A DNA stretch of 64,000 bases, taken from contig JBEKOL010000017.1 of the NCBI GenBank assembly GCA_049521775.1, positions 2,732-66,731 on the forward strand, given 5' to 3'. The notes beneath the pieces were generated by a model, which made no database searches, was not told where the DNA came from, and saw only the letters and a list, made by a program, of their open reading frames with translations. The position numbers and the translations under genes are program-made. Origin of the DNA: Syntrophales bacterium. GTDB taxonomy: Bacteria > Desulfobacterota > Syntrophia > Syntrophales > UBA2185. Shown here piece by piece: positions 28,264 to 38,642 of the stretch (position 1 is its first letter; the number at the start of each line of letters is the position of its first letter).

Positions 28264-29406
28264 CTACTTTACGAGCACCCATTCCTTGTTTTTTATCGTC
28301 ACAAGAACGAAGGCCTCCTTTGTCAGGCCTGCGTGGTCTTGAGGAGCGAAGTTGAATACACCGCCGATACCTTTAAAGTTGCGGGTATTTTCAAGTTCAC
28401 TACGAATGGCGGCAGGCGAGTCGCCTCCGCGTTCAATCGCACCTTTGAGAAGCATAACCGCATCCCACGCGTGTCCCCCAAAATGATCCCCTTCTACCTT
28501 GAAATGATTCTTGTAATCATTTACGTAAGCAAGCAGTGACTTCTTCTGCTGGTCGGATTTCGGAAGCACATTTGCAATAATAACCCGTCCCGAAGGAAGA
28601 ATAATCCCTTCCGCCGCATCTCCGGCTAGCTCTATAAATTTTTTCGAAGAAACGCCGTGGCTCATATAGAGAGGCAGATTAAGCCCCAGTTGCCTGGCGT
28701 TTCTTGCAACCTTGGCAGGTCCCGGATTTGTTCCCCAGCAAAGAATAGCCTGTGCATTTCTGCCGCGTATCTTAACCAACTGTGCTGTCATGTCCGTATC
28801 ATTGGGACTGTAGATCTCATCGGATACTATGGTGATACCGGAATCTTTAGCACGGAGTTTCAGCTGTTCCCTTCCTGACGCACCGAAACCGTCGGATACT
28901 GTGAGTATGGCAACTTTATGAATATTTCGTTTCCTTAAGTGATCATAGATACGTTCCACGGCCAGGGAATCGTTCTGCGCCGTCTTAAAGACCCATTTCT
29001 TTACCGGTTCTGTAATCTTGATTCCGGCGGCACAGGATATCAATGGAATGCCTGCGGCTTCGACAACGGGAATTACGGCCATTGTCTCGCCAGTCGTGCT
29101 GGGACCGATAATGGCGCTGACCCGGTCTTCCTTGATGAGCCGAGTGGCTGCCTGTACCGCTTTGGTCCCATCACCCTGAGTATCGTAGAATACGAGTTTC
29201 AGCTTCCGCCCTTTGATGCCGCCTGTCTTGTTAATTTGATCCACCACCATATTGGCCGTATTACGTTCCGGTTCGCCGAGAAATGAGGGCGGGCCGGTAA
29301 CGGCAAACAGTCCTCCGATCTTAATCGGTTCCTGCGACCAAGAGTTTACGGTAAAGACAAGAAGAAGAGAGAAAATGCAAATTGATTTGATGATTGTTTT
29401 TAACAT
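28264..29406 (-). CDS. ABC transporter periplasmic substrate-binding protein (LivK/type I PBP family)
   Basis: Signal peptide MLKTIIKSICIFSLLLVFTVNSWS, then IKIGGLFAVTGP..G and the YDTQGD pattern of Leu/Ile/Val-binding family proteins. First gene of the liv-paaK operon. Confidence 0.88.
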   Translation of the reverse strand: MLKTIIKSICIFSLLLVFTVNSWSQEPIKIGGLFAVTGPPSFLGEPERNTANMVVDQINKTGGIKGRKLKLVFYDTQGDGTKAVQAATRLIKEDRVSAIIGPSTTGETMAVIPVVEAAGIPLISCAAGIKITEPVKKWVFKTAQNDSLAVERIYDHLRKRNIHKVAILTVSDGFGASGREQLKLRAKDSGITIVSDEIYSPNDTDMTAQLVKIRGRNAQAILCWGTNPGPAKVARNARQLGLNLPLYMSHGVSSKKFIELAGDAAEGIILPSGRVIIANVLPKSDQQKKSLLAYVNDYKNHFKVEGDHFGGHAWDAVMLLKGAIERGGDSPAAIRSELENTRNFKGIGGVFNFAPQDHAGLTKEAFVLVTIKNKEWVLVK

Positions 29407-29871
29407 GTTGTGCCTCCTGATAAATTCATCGTTCTATGGAAATCCTCACATTAAGAAAATGTTACAATTTTTTCTCGCTTTTAATTATTGGGATTAATTC
29501 TGTCTGGAGTTGATTCGGATTAGGCCTGCATGTCCGCCCATTGAGGCGCACAGCAGGCATCAATATGTGTATTTACAGCGGGTCTGGTCGATAATCAGTT
29601 GCAGTAATTCTTTTTTCATTTGCTCGTCACGGTTTCTGATAGTCCGCGAAACCTAAAAGTATTTGATGATAATGTCAAGGAATATTTTCCCATTTTCCTC
29701 ATATCCTATTCCTTGATCCATACATTCCTTTGTAATTTATTAACTTTCACCTTGCCTGAACCTTAATACTGTGTTATGTTCCGCCTTAATATATGACAGA
29801 TATTAGTACCTTACGGCAATTGTTTCAACCTCGGCAACTTATAGTTGAATCGTACGATAGGAGGTGAGGTC

Positions 29872-30171
29872 ATGTCATTGCTAATTGGCGGTGCAGTCTC
29901 GGTAATTATCGGACTCTTAGGTCTCATATTCTGGTGGAGTGATTTTGTCATAATCCTGAAGGGCGGAATCCCCATCATTGTCATACTTAGCGGTATTCTC
30001 GCCGTTTATATCGGACTCGATGAGATTCAGGACAAGCTGAGGGAAGAAAGGCAAAAGCAGGAGGAAAGCCTGGCAAAGGCAAGGGAAGAAATCGAAATGG
30101 TGAGAGCCCAGGCCGAAAAATATAAGGAAGAGCTCGACAGGATGAAAGAAGAATCAAAAAAGAGAGATTAA
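29872..30171 (+). CDS. Small two-TM membrane protein with Glu/Lys-rich coiled-coil tail
   Basis: ATG at 29872 is preceded by AGGAGGTGAGG. Two hydrophobic segments (LLIGGAVSVIIGLLGLIFWW, GGIPIIVILSGILAVYIGL), then REERQKQEESLAKAREEIEMVRAQAEKYKEELDRMKEE. Confidence 0.5.
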   Translation: MSLLIGGAVSVIIGLLGLIFWWSDFVIILKGGIPIIVILSGILAVYIGLDEIQDKLREERQKQEESLAKAREEIEMVRAQAEKYKEELDRMKEESKKRD

Positions 30172-30239
30172 GTAATAAAGTCCGGAATTCCAATAAAGGC
30201 TATCTGCTGTTCGCTGTCAAACATTGAGGAGGGGGCACA

Positions 30240-30608
30240 GTGGGAAAAATAATTCTTGTTGTCGATGATGATCATGACATACTTAAAATAGTGGAATTGC
30301 GGCTCACAGAAAATGGCTATGTGGTGCACACTGCGCTTACCGGAGAGGAAGGGCTGAGCAAATGTAAACTGATAAGACCTGACGCAGTCATACTGGATCT
30401 AATGATGCCGGACATGGACGGGTCAAGTGTTGCACATGAAATGAAAGACGACCCCAATACATGTAACATTCCCGTAATTTTTCTTACCGGCGCCGTTAAG
30501 GCAAGCGAGGTTCCGAAGAGCCATAAGATAGGCGGTCAAATCTTTCTTGCCAAGCCTTTCAAGGCCGAAGATCTGCTTAAAATGCTGCAACTTGTGCTTC
30601 CGGAATAG
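30240..30608 (+). CDS. Single-domain response regulator (receiver only)
   Basis: VVDDD acidic pocket, phospho-acceptor ILDLMMPDMDG, FLTG, AKPF lysine. GTG start preceded by GAGGAGGGGG. Confidence 0.85.
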   Translation: MGKIILVVDDDHDILKIVELRLTENGYVVHTALTGEEGLSKCKLIRPDAVILDLMMPDMDGSSVAHEMKDDPNTCNIPVIFLTGAVKASEVPKSHKIGGQIFLAKPFKAEDLLKMLQLVLPE

Positions 30609-30843
30609 CATATTTAATGCATCAGATCGCGTCGGTCACCGACACAGCACCATAAACTGCTTTGACAGTGTATTCGTACCAGATGGGGCGCTGAAGGCTT
30701 CCCGATCGATAAGATCCGAAAGCGAAAATGAATTAGACATTTCTCAAGTCATTAACGATTCAGTTGCCGTGGTCCGCCTGCTCCACATATTCAATATGCC
30801 GCCGCGAAAAATCAGAATGTAAATGAAATCGTCCGGACCTTTA

Positions 30844-31044
30844 TTAATACCATTTTTCAGTCTTGCCCCTTCTTGACGACGTCTGTTCCCTAAAAGAGGG
30901 CTTACCGCATTTTGTCATCACCTCAACCTTTGTGTCCCCTATTGTGACAAGCTCACTGCCGTATCGTAAACTATCTGAAGACGAGGAGCGCGCTTCCCCG
31001 CATATAAACGGCAGGACAATTATTAGCAGTAATATCTTCTGCAT
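30844..31044 (-). pseudogene. DUF2845-like small secreted protein, apparently truncated by tandem TAA TAA
   Basis: SD GGGGAGGG plus 5 nt before the ATG at 31044. Signal peptide MQKILLLIIVLPFICG. The core SLRYGSELVTIGDTKVEVMTKCGKP..EKWY matches the DUF2845 pattern as I remember it. The ORF stops where family members continue for about 25 more residues (see finding). Confidence 0.4.
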
Positions 31045-31185
31045 AAATTCCCTCCCCGTAATATGCAATACTTCTGTTGAGGTTAATTTTTAATTGTAAA
31101 CTTCACCCTATGCTACGATACAGGCCAAATTCGGATCATTATTTTCATTTGACACCGTCTTTGGCCCATTTTATAATATCCGACA

Positions 31186-31533
31186 ATGAGTGCCGAATTA
31201 ACTATTACAAACCTCAGCAGACATTTCAGTTACATCATTTTTCTCGACGGACACGAGGGTGGAGAGGTATTTTCATTACAATCCACGACGCTGAAAATCG
31301 ACCCCGGAAAACATGAACTCTCCTTTAAGGACACTGATACTGATAACCTCCCCACGAATTGCAAGCCCATACAGATAACAATCGCGGACGGCAAATCACT
31401 CCACTTGAAAATTCTCACCGAGGATTTTTCCATCAGAATCTATGATGAACAGGGTACGCATCTTAACGGGAAGCGCGGCTTTCTCTGTGGTCAGGTTGGT
31501 GAGGGTATTCATATTGAAAACCCGATAGCCTGA
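31186..31533 (+). CDS. Hypothetical protein (115 aa)
   Basis: Only the open frame supports it. No clear SD, no recognisable motif, and a beta-rich looking sequence. Confidence 0.3.
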   Translation: MSAELTITNLSRHFSYIIFLDGHEGGEVFSLQSTTLKIDPGKHELSFKDTDTDNLPTNCKPIQITIADGKSLHLKILTEDFSIRIYDEQGTHLNGKRGFLCGQVGEGIHIENPIA

Positions 31534-31596
31534 CTAATCTTACCATATACGAAGAGTATTATCCGGGTAATAAATCTACGGCACAAATAAGACTCT

Positions 31597-33579
31597 ATGA
31601 ACTCTGACGATTCGGGGCATCAAATAAAATTTGCTGAGAAGTTGCGCCGCAAATTGATCGGGCCGCCCCGAGATATCGGCGAGCCTTCAATATTTCACAG
31701 GATATCTCTCATCCCCGTCCTTGCATGGATCGGCCTGGGAGCCGACGGACTTTCTTCTTCTTCGTACGGTCCGGAAGAGGCCTTCAAAGCGCTGGGCCCT
31801 CACAGCTATCTTGCGGTATTCCTGGCCTTGGCTACTGCATTGACGGTTTTTATCATCTCCTATGCTTATACACGCATCATCGAGCACTTCCCCCATGGCG
31901 GCGGCGGATACATCGTCTCCACACATACGATCGGTAGGAACGCGGGGGTGATATCCGGATGCGCCCTCCTCGTCGATTATGCACTGACCATCACCGTATC
32001 TCTTGCTTCCTGCGGCGATGCCTTGTTCAGCTATTTACCTGTCACATATCTTAAGTACAAGTTGATCTTCGTGGTTTTCTTAATCCTCCTCCTTGTTGTC
32101 ATGAACTTGAGAGGGGTGAAGGAGTCTGTGACGGCCCTCGCACCGATTTTCATCATATTTGTAGTAACCCACATTCTGTTGATCGGTTATGGCATTCTGA
32201 GCCACGCCAATCAAGTTGGACCGGTTGCAAGGGTGTTCGAGGAGAATTTCAAATATGATCTCTCTACCATAGGCTATGTAAGCATGTTGGCCATTTTTCT
32301 CAGGGCTTTTTCTCTGGGGGGAGGTACATATACAGGGATCGAAGCGGTCTCTAACGCCATGCAGATCATGCGTGAACCGAAAGTGCATACCGGCAAGCGC
32401 ACGATGGTATACCTGGCCACATCGCTTGCAATTACGGCAGGAGGCCTTTTGTTCTGCTATTCGCTTTACCAAATAATACCTGCCGAGGGTAGAACGTTGA
32501 ATGCCGTACTTGCCGATCTCACCTTTGGCAATTGGCCTCTTGGCGGAACGCTCGCGCTGATTACGATTTTCTCCGAGGGGGCCCTTCTAATCGTAGGCGC
32601 ACAGGCCGGCTTCGTCGACGGACCGAGAGTGATGGCAAACATGGCTATCGATTCCTGGCTGCCTCGTCGCTTTGCATCGCTATCGGAGCGTCTTTCAATG
32701 CAGGACGGCGTCCTGCTGATGGGCGGTGCAGCCCTTCTACTCCTACTATACACCGGTGGTTCCGTTTCAGCGCTCGTTGTCATGTACTCCATCAACGTGT
32801 TTCTCACCTTTACACTGTCACAGTTCGGAATGGCGAGTTTTTTCTTCCGTAACAGAGAGAAGGATAAGGCATGGAAAAGACATATTGTAGTGCATATCAT
32901 CGGCTTGATACTTTGCCTTACTATCCTCATCATTACTGTAGTTATTAAATTTGAAGAGGGCGGCTGGCTGACCCTCTTAATCACCTCTGGGGTTATCGTG
33001 TTGTGCTACTTGATCCGTAGGCACTACACGACAGTCCGAAGGGGGATTCGCCAGTTCGAGGAGATTCTGTCTGAACTCCCCAAAGGCAGTCATCCTAATA
33101 ATGACCTTCTGGATCCTAAGGAGACAACAGCGATACTTCTCGTTAGAGGTTACAGCGGATTTGGTCTTCACGTGTGGCTCTCCGTGGTCCGTGAATTTCC
33201 CAAACTCTACAAGAACTTCATTTTCGTCTCTGTGGGAGAAATCGACTCCGGTTCATTTAAAGGCATAGCGGAAATAGACGCCTTAAAAAAATCCGTAGAA
33301 AGTGATCTGACAAGATACGTCCGTCTTGTCCGTTCCTACGGATTTCCGGCAGACTATAGAATGGGGATAGGAACAGACGTAGCTGATACTGCGACGGAAC
33401 TGTGCGAGGCTCTTGTAAAAGAATTCCCGAGAGCAACGGTCTTCACGGGGAAACTGATCTTCCGTGAAGAAAACCCTTTCCAGAAAATACTCCACAATGA
33501 AACGGCATTTTCGATTCAGAGGCGCTTGCAGTGGAACGGCATCACGACCGTCATATTGCCAATCCGTGTAGATATGTAG
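31597..33579 (+). CDS. APC-superfamily permease with ~200-aa cytoplasmic C-terminal domain
   Basis: About 12 TM segments. The N-terminal motif GLGADGLSSSSYGPEE is typical of APC transporters. A soluble C-terminal region follows (LLVRGYSGFGLHV...FVSVGEIDS...). Confidence 0.8.
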   Translation: MNSDDSGHQIKFAEKLRRKLIGPPRDIGEPSIFHRISLIPVLAWIGLGADGLSSSSYGPEEAFKALGPHSYLAVFLALATALTVFIISYAYTRIIEHFPHGGGGYIVSTHTIGRNAGVISGCALLVDYALTITVSLASCGDALFSYLPVTYLKYKLIFVVFLILLLVVMNLRGVKESVTALAPIFIIFVVTHILLIGYGILSHANQVGPVARVFEENFKYDLSTIGYVSMLAIFLRAFSLGGGTYTGIEAVSNAMQIMREPKVHTGKRTMVYLATSLAITAGGLLFCYSLYQIIPAEGRTLNAVLADLTFGNWPLGGTLALITIFSEGALLIVGAQAGFVDGPRVMANMAIDSWLPRRFASLSERLSMQDGVLLMGGAALLLLLYTGGSVSALVVMYSINVFLTFTLSQFGMASFFFRNREKDKAWKRHIVVHIIGLILCLTILIITVVIKFEEGGWLTLLITSGVIVLCYLIRRHYTTVRRGIRQFEEILSELPKGSHPNNDLLDPKETTAILLVRGYSGFGLHVWLSVVREFPKLYKNFIFVSVGEIDSGSFKGIAEIDALKKSVESDLTRYVRLVRSYGFPADYRMGIGTDVADTATELCEALVKEFPRATVFTGKLIFREENPFQKILHNETAFSIQRRLQWNGITTVILPIRVDM

Positions 33580-33757
33580 ACGTTTATGAATCCAAGGGAT
33601 AGACAGGTGCGGAATAGCCGCTGACAATTTCATCAATCTCAAATAACAATCCGGAAAATTGAAGCAAGAAATACCAAACGAGTTCAAACTTGCCTTGAAA
33701 TAGGGGCCGTCGTTATGGTAGCTTGCCTCGCATATATCATCAATATTTCAGAGAATC

Positions 33758-34222
33758 ATGATGCTACGTTTACAAAAAGCATTTTTAATTGCGCTTAGTT
33801 TTTCTATTCTCTGCATCATGCTTGTCTCCGGATGCGCCACCATTCCCCGTGAATATGGTAAGACAGAAACGCGGAAGTTGTTGGTTACTGCCTATGACGC
33901 CAGCAAGAAATCGACGGGCTGGAAAAACAAATACGGGTGCTTCCTGATGCCGCCGGTTTATGCGTACGGACCGCACGAGGGAGAGAGGAAGAAGGTGGGC
34001 ATCACCTCCGACGGAACCAAGGCAAAAAAGGGGACAATCGCAGCGGACATCAGCAGGTACCCTTACGGCACGAAGATGTATGTCCCTGGTTACGGTTGGG
34101 GAGAGGTGCACGATATAGGAAGTGCCATCAAAGGAGACCACATCGACATTTTTTTCCCTGATGAAAAAGATGCCAAGGCATGGGGCAGAAAGTATCTCGA
34201 CGTTACCATCAATAAACCATAA
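33758..34222 (+). CDS. 3D-domain (MltA/RlpA-like barrel) lipoprotein
   Basis: Lipobox LVSGCAT. 3D-domain pattern GTIAADISRYPYGTKMYVPGYGWGEVHDIGSAIKGDHIDIFF. Confidence 0.7.
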   Translation: MMLRLQKAFLIALSFSILCIMLVSGCATIPREYGKTETRKLLVTAYDASKKSTGWKNKYGCFLMPPVYAYGPHEGERKKVGITSDGTKAKKGTIAADISRYPYGTKMYVPGYGWGEVHDIGSAIKGDHIDIFFPDEKDAKAWGRKYLDVTINKP

Positions 34223-34242
34223 TCTTCTAATGAGGGGTTTCC

Positions 34243-36339
34243 ATGAATTTCTTTTTTAACCCGGACGGGATCGCTGTTATCGGTGCAACGCCTAACTCTC
34301 TCAAAGGTGGGTATGCTATATTCAAGAATGTCCTCATAGGTTATAAAGGAAATATTTATCCTGTCAATCCCAGTTACAAGGAAATTGAGGGTATGCCCTG
34401 CTATCCGTCCGTAAGCGCCGTCCCCGGTCATGTTGACCTGGCCATTGTCTTTGTTCCGGCAAAACTCGTCCCCGCAGTCATAGAGGATTGCGCGGCCAAA
34501 GGTGTGCAGGGTGTCATGATAGAATCCGGTGGCTTTGCTGAAGCCGGTCGGGATGGAAGTCTTCTGCAGCAGTCTCTGAAAGACATATCCAAACGAACGG
34601 GGATTCGCCTATGGGGGCCCAATTGCATGGGTCTCGTTGATGCTGTCGGTGGGTACGTTTTTTCCTTTATGGATCCACGTTCATTGCAGCAAGGACTCCT
34701 TATCCCCGGAAAAGTATCACTCGTGGTGCAGAGCGGATTACTATCCGCCGGCTTTCTCGTTGATATAATGAGTCACCACGTGATGGGCATCAGTAAAGTA
34801 TGCTCCGTGGGAAACAAAATCGATATCAACGAGTGTGATCTGCTGTCTTACCTGATTCAAGATACCAATACTGAAGTTATCGGCCATTACCTGGAGTCTT
34901 TTTCTGATGGCAGACGCTTTACGGAACTGTGCAGGAAAAGTACAAAACCTATTGTCGTTCTTCACGGGGGGAAGAGTGGGAAAGGTGCTGAGGCGGCAAT
35001 GAGCCATACGGCATCCTTGGCGGGAAATCATAAGATCATTTCAGGCGCCCTGGCCCGGGCCGGAGTGACTGAAGCCAGAGATTTCCATCAGATGATGGAC
35101 ATCTGCCGTTCACTCGTTGCAAAACCCCGACCAGCCAGCCGATATGGTCGCATTGCTGTTCTCACGTTTAGTGGTGGGTCCGGTATTGTCGCCTCCGACT
35201 TCATTGAGGAACATGACCTCACGGTGGCGGAACTTTCCAAGGAAACCAAAGATGCCTTGGGACGTCTTTTCCCTGACTGGATGCCTGTCTCCAATCCCGT
35301 CGATCTGTGGCCAGCGATAGAAAAGCATGGCGGAACAAACGTCGACGTATACAGCACGGCACTTGCGGCTGTGCTCAACGATCACGCAGTCGATGCCGTT
35401 TTCCTCCATGCCTTTGCGGGAAATTCCCAGATTGCAATCAATGTAGCAGATATTGCCGAGCAAACACGCGCGGCCGGCAAGCCTGTCTTCGTATGGCTCC
35501 TGGGGAGACAAGAAGATGCCCTTCGTTTTAATGCAGAGGCCCTCTCCTATGGCATCCCCGTATTCCATGAAATATCCCGCGCCGTGGAATGCTTGGCTGC
35601 TGTTTTCCATCAGCAGAGACCATCTGAAATTTTTAAACAACTGCCGGAAAAAGAAAAGACTATACGCATCCCTCGTGAGCTCTCTGATGTTCTAGAAAAT
35701 GCGGTGGGACCTTTGGACGAACATGTCTCCAAGACTATTCTTAGGCTTCACGGTATTCCGACTGTGGAAGAGGAAATCATATCGGATGAAGCGGCATGCA
35801 AAAAAACCGCAAAGCGGCTCGGCTTCCCGCTTGTCGTGAAGGGCCTGCAAAAAGGAAATGTACATAAGACCGAACTCGGCCTCGTGCATTTAAACATAAC
35901 AACGCCGGAAGCCGCCCTTGGGGTCTTTAATTCCCTGAAGAATAAGATGGACCCCTCGGGAAGGGTCCTTGCCTATAAACAGGTTAAAGGGAAAATTGAG
36001 ATCATCGTCGGACTCGTCAGGGACGTTCATTTCGGCCCCTGTGCCATGTTAGGGCTGGGAGGTATAATGGCAGAGATATTAAGTGATGCGGTTTTTGCCC
36101 CAGCTCCACTGACGATAGAGGACGCTTTAGCGCTAATCAGTCGCCTTAGGGGACAGAAGATATTCGACGGCTTCAGGGGAGAGCCACCAGTTAACAGGGA
36201 AGAGCTCGCAAGCATACTCGTTGCTTTGGGCGACGTCGGTCTTCAGTATCCGCGGATTCACGAGATAGATATAAACCCCCTCATAGTGGGCGAAAAAGGC
36301 GCTATGGTTGCCGTTGATGCCACAGTTGTCTTGAGATAA
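34243..36339 (+). CDS. ADP-forming acyl/acetyl-CoA synthetase (fused alpha-beta; CoA-binding + succinyl-CoA-synthetase-like + ATP-grasp)
   Basis: FFNPDGIAVIGAT CoA-binding Rossmann, GPNCMG, the phosphohistidine segment SHTASLAG, and a C-terminal ATP-grasp (FPLVVKG..HKTELGLV). 698 aa. Confidence 0.88.
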   Translation: MNFFFNPDGIAVIGATPNSLKGGYAIFKNVLIGYKGNIYPVNPSYKEIEGMPCYPSVSAVPGHVDLAIVFVPAKLVPAVIEDCAAKGVQGVMIESGGFAEAGRDGSLLQQSLKDISKRTGIRLWGPNCMGLVDAVGGYVFSFMDPRSLQQGLLIPGKVSLVVQSGLLSAGFLVDIMSHHVMGISKVCSVGNKIDINECDLLSYLIQDTNTEVIGHYLESFSDGRRFTELCRKSTKPIVVLHGGKSGKGAEAAMSHTASLAGNHKIISGALARAGVTEARDFHQMMDICRSLVAKPRPASRYGRIAVLTFSGGSGIVASDFIEEHDLTVAELSKETKDALGRLFPDWMPVSNPVDLWPAIEKHGGTNVDVYSTALAAVLNDHAVDAVFLHAFAGNSQIAINVADIAEQTRAAGKPVFVWLLGRQEDALRFNAEALSYGIPVFHEISRAVECLAAVFHQQRPSEIFKQLPEKEKTIRIPRELSDVLENAVGPLDEHVSKTILRLHGIPTVEEEIISDEAACKKTAKRLGFPLVVKGLQKGNVHKTELGLVHLNITTPEAALGVFNSLKNKMDPSGRVLAYKQVKGKIEIIVGLVRDVHFGPCAMLGLGGIMAEILSDAVFAPAPLTIEDALALISRLRGQKIFDGFRGEPPVNREELASILVALGDVGLQYPRIHEIDINPLIVGEKGAMVAVDATVVLR

Positions 36340-36648
36340 CACCTACTCCACAAATTTAAGTATGGCACAAGAGATGAGGGCAGATCACCCGGCAAGACAC
36401 TCTACGAATGCATATACAGACTCATAGCTATATATGGATTGTCAATCTCATCAGGCTGAAGTCGGAAATTCTTTCACGAGAGTTTCCCACGGCTCTGTCG
36501 CAGCATCAGCTACGTCTGTTCTTATACCCATTCTGTAGAGTGTGAAAAACAGCGTTTCATCACAGAACGTCAGTCTATCGGAAATGGCAGAATCATCTTT
36601 AAACCGGAAGAAATTTTATCGAATATCAAGATTCAAGGGAGGAGTGTT

Positions 36649-38295
36649 ATGAAGGCAGAGAGCTACAAGCCGGGAGAGAGCTACGAGTACCCTTTGATCA
36701 TCAAGAAAATTCTGGCCACGGGCGTTATCTACGGACAGAATCAGGAGATCGTTTATCGGGATAAGTTCCGCTACAAATACCAGGACATGTACGAACGGGT
36801 GCATCGACTGGCGAACGGACTGGAATCGCTGGGGGTTGGGGAGGGCGATGTCGTAGCTATATTAGATTTTGACAGTCATCGGTACCTGGAATGTTTTTTT
36901 GCCATTCCCATGATGGGAGCTACCATGCATACTCTCAATTACCGGCTTTCTCCGGCTCAACTCATCTACACAATCAATCATGCCGAAGATTCCGTCATTC
37001 TTGTCAATCAGGACTTCCTCCCGCTTCTGGAGGCGATCCGAAGGCATCTCAAGACGGTGAAAAAAATTATTCTCTTGACAGATACCGGCAAAAAGCCGGA
37101 AACAAAGGTGGAGATCGATATGGAATACGAGGAAATGCTGAAAGGAGTTTCGGCCTCCTATGATTTTCCTGATCTCGATGAAAATACACGGGCAACTATT
37201 TTCTACACCACAGGAACTACAGGCGATCCCAAGGGGGTCCATTTCACACATCGTCAACTTGTTCTCCACACCCTGGTAGTCGGTCTCAACGTGGGCAGCT
37301 ATGAGATGATCGGTCGGTTCAGATCAGATGACGTCTACATGCCTCTCACACCAATGTTTCATGTCCATGCATGGGGTCTACCCTATCTGGCCACGATGCT
37401 GGGGGTGAAACAAGTTTATCCGGGACGCTATGAACCGGAGGTCCTGTTGAAACTCATTCTCGGCGAGAAAGTCACCTTCTCTCACTGCATTCCTACGATT
37501 ATGCACATGATTGTTACGAATCCCGTTGCGAAAAAAGTGGATCTTTCGAAGTGGAAAGTAGTCATCGGTGGGGCGGCCCTACCCAGGGCCTTGGCAAAGG
37601 CATCCATGGATTTGGGGATACAGATCTATTCCGCCTACGGAATGTCGGAGACCTGTCCACTCATAACAGGAGCTGGTCTGAAAAGCTTTATGCGGACTCT
37701 GGACGAGGAGAAGAAACTTGATATCTATATCAAAACCGGCCTCCCGGCGCCCCTGGTGGAAGTGCAGATTGTCGATCCTGACGGAAAAACCCTGCCTAAT
37801 GACGGAAGGACAACAGGAGAACTGGTGATGAGGGCGCCATGGCTGACCCAAACATATTATAAAGACCCCGATAAATCGAAAGATCTCTGGAGGGACGGTT
37901 GGCTCCACAGTGGCGATGTGGCCTATATAGATGAGCATGGATATGTTCAGATCACAGACCGCCTGAAAGATGTCATCAAGACCGGCGGGGAATGGGTTTC
38001 TTCCATCGACATTGAAAATATGGCAACTATGCATCCAGCAGTTTCCGAAGCGGCCGTGATCGGAGTGCCGGATCCGAAGTGGGGGGAAAGACCACTGGTG
38101 GTCCTCGTCCTGAAAGCGGAATTCAAAGGTAAGGTGACCAGCGAGGATGTAAAAGAATACCTGAAGAAGATGTCCGACGAAGGAAAACTCCCGAAATACG
38201 GCATTCCCGATCGATACGAGTTCGTCGATGCCATCCCCCGGACCAGTGTGGGGAAAATTAATAAAGTGGAATTAAGGAAGATCTATGCAAAGTAA
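36649..38295 (+). CDS. AMP-dependent fatty-acid/acyl-CoA ligase
   Basis: AMP-binding motifs IFYTTGTTGDPKGV, YGMSET, GWLHSGD, and the C-terminal lysine motif PRTSVGKINK. Confidence 0.88.
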   Translation: MKAESYKPGESYEYPLIIKKILATGVIYGQNQEIVYRDKFRYKYQDMYERVHRLANGLESLGVGEGDVVAILDFDSHRYLECFFAIPMMGATMHTLNYRLSPAQLIYTINHAEDSVILVNQDFLPLLEAIRRHLKTVKKIILLTDTGKKPETKVEIDMEYEEMLKGVSASYDFPDLDENTRATIFYTTGTTGDPKGVHFTHRQLVLHTLVVGLNVGSYEMIGRFRSDDVYMPLTPMFHVHAWGLPYLATMLGVKQVYPGRYEPEVLLKLILGEKVTFSHCIPTIMHMIVTNPVAKKVDLSKWKVVIGGAALPRALAKASMDLGIQIYSAYGMSETCPLITGAGLKSFMRTLDEEKKLDIYIKTGLPAPLVEVQIVDPDGKTLPNDGRTTGELVMRAPWLTQTYYKDPDKSKDLWRDGWLHSGDVAYIDEHGYVQITDRLKDVIKTGGEWVSSIDIENMATMHPAVSEAAVIGVPDPKWGERPLVVLVLKAEFKGKVTSEDVKEYLKKMSDEGKLPKYGIPDRYEFVDAIPRTSVGKINKVELRKIYAK

Positions 38296-38360
38296 AGGAC
38301 AGTTCAGGCTTTCCTAGAATATCTTTTCATTCTTAACAATGCCGGAAACAGAGGGGGAAA

Positions 38361-38642
38361 ATGAATATAAAAAGGGTTATGGTTACAGGTTCAGGTTTCA
38401 TGGGCTCAGAGATTGCACAGGTTGCTGCTGCAGGCTTTGCGGTGACAATGCAGGATATAAAGGATGAACTGGTTCAGAAGGGCATGGCGACTATCGAAAA
38501 GAATCTCCAGAATAGTATTGCCAAAGGTAAACTGAGCGAAGAAGAAAAAAATTCAATCCTGGGCAGAATCACACCGACTGTCGATTTATCGCTGGCCAAG
38601 GACTGCGACCTGGTAATCGAAGTCATAGCGGAGGGATATTAA
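38361..38642 (+). pseudogene. Truncated 3-hydroxyacyl/3-hydroxybutyryl-CoA dehydrogenase (NAD-binding N-terminal 93 aa only)
   Basis: VMVTGSGFMGSEIAQVAA (GxGxxG), ..DIKDELV..TVDLSLAKDCDLVIEV, then a stop. Intact family members are about 280 aa. The thiolase gene starts 42 nt later. Confidence 0.6.
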
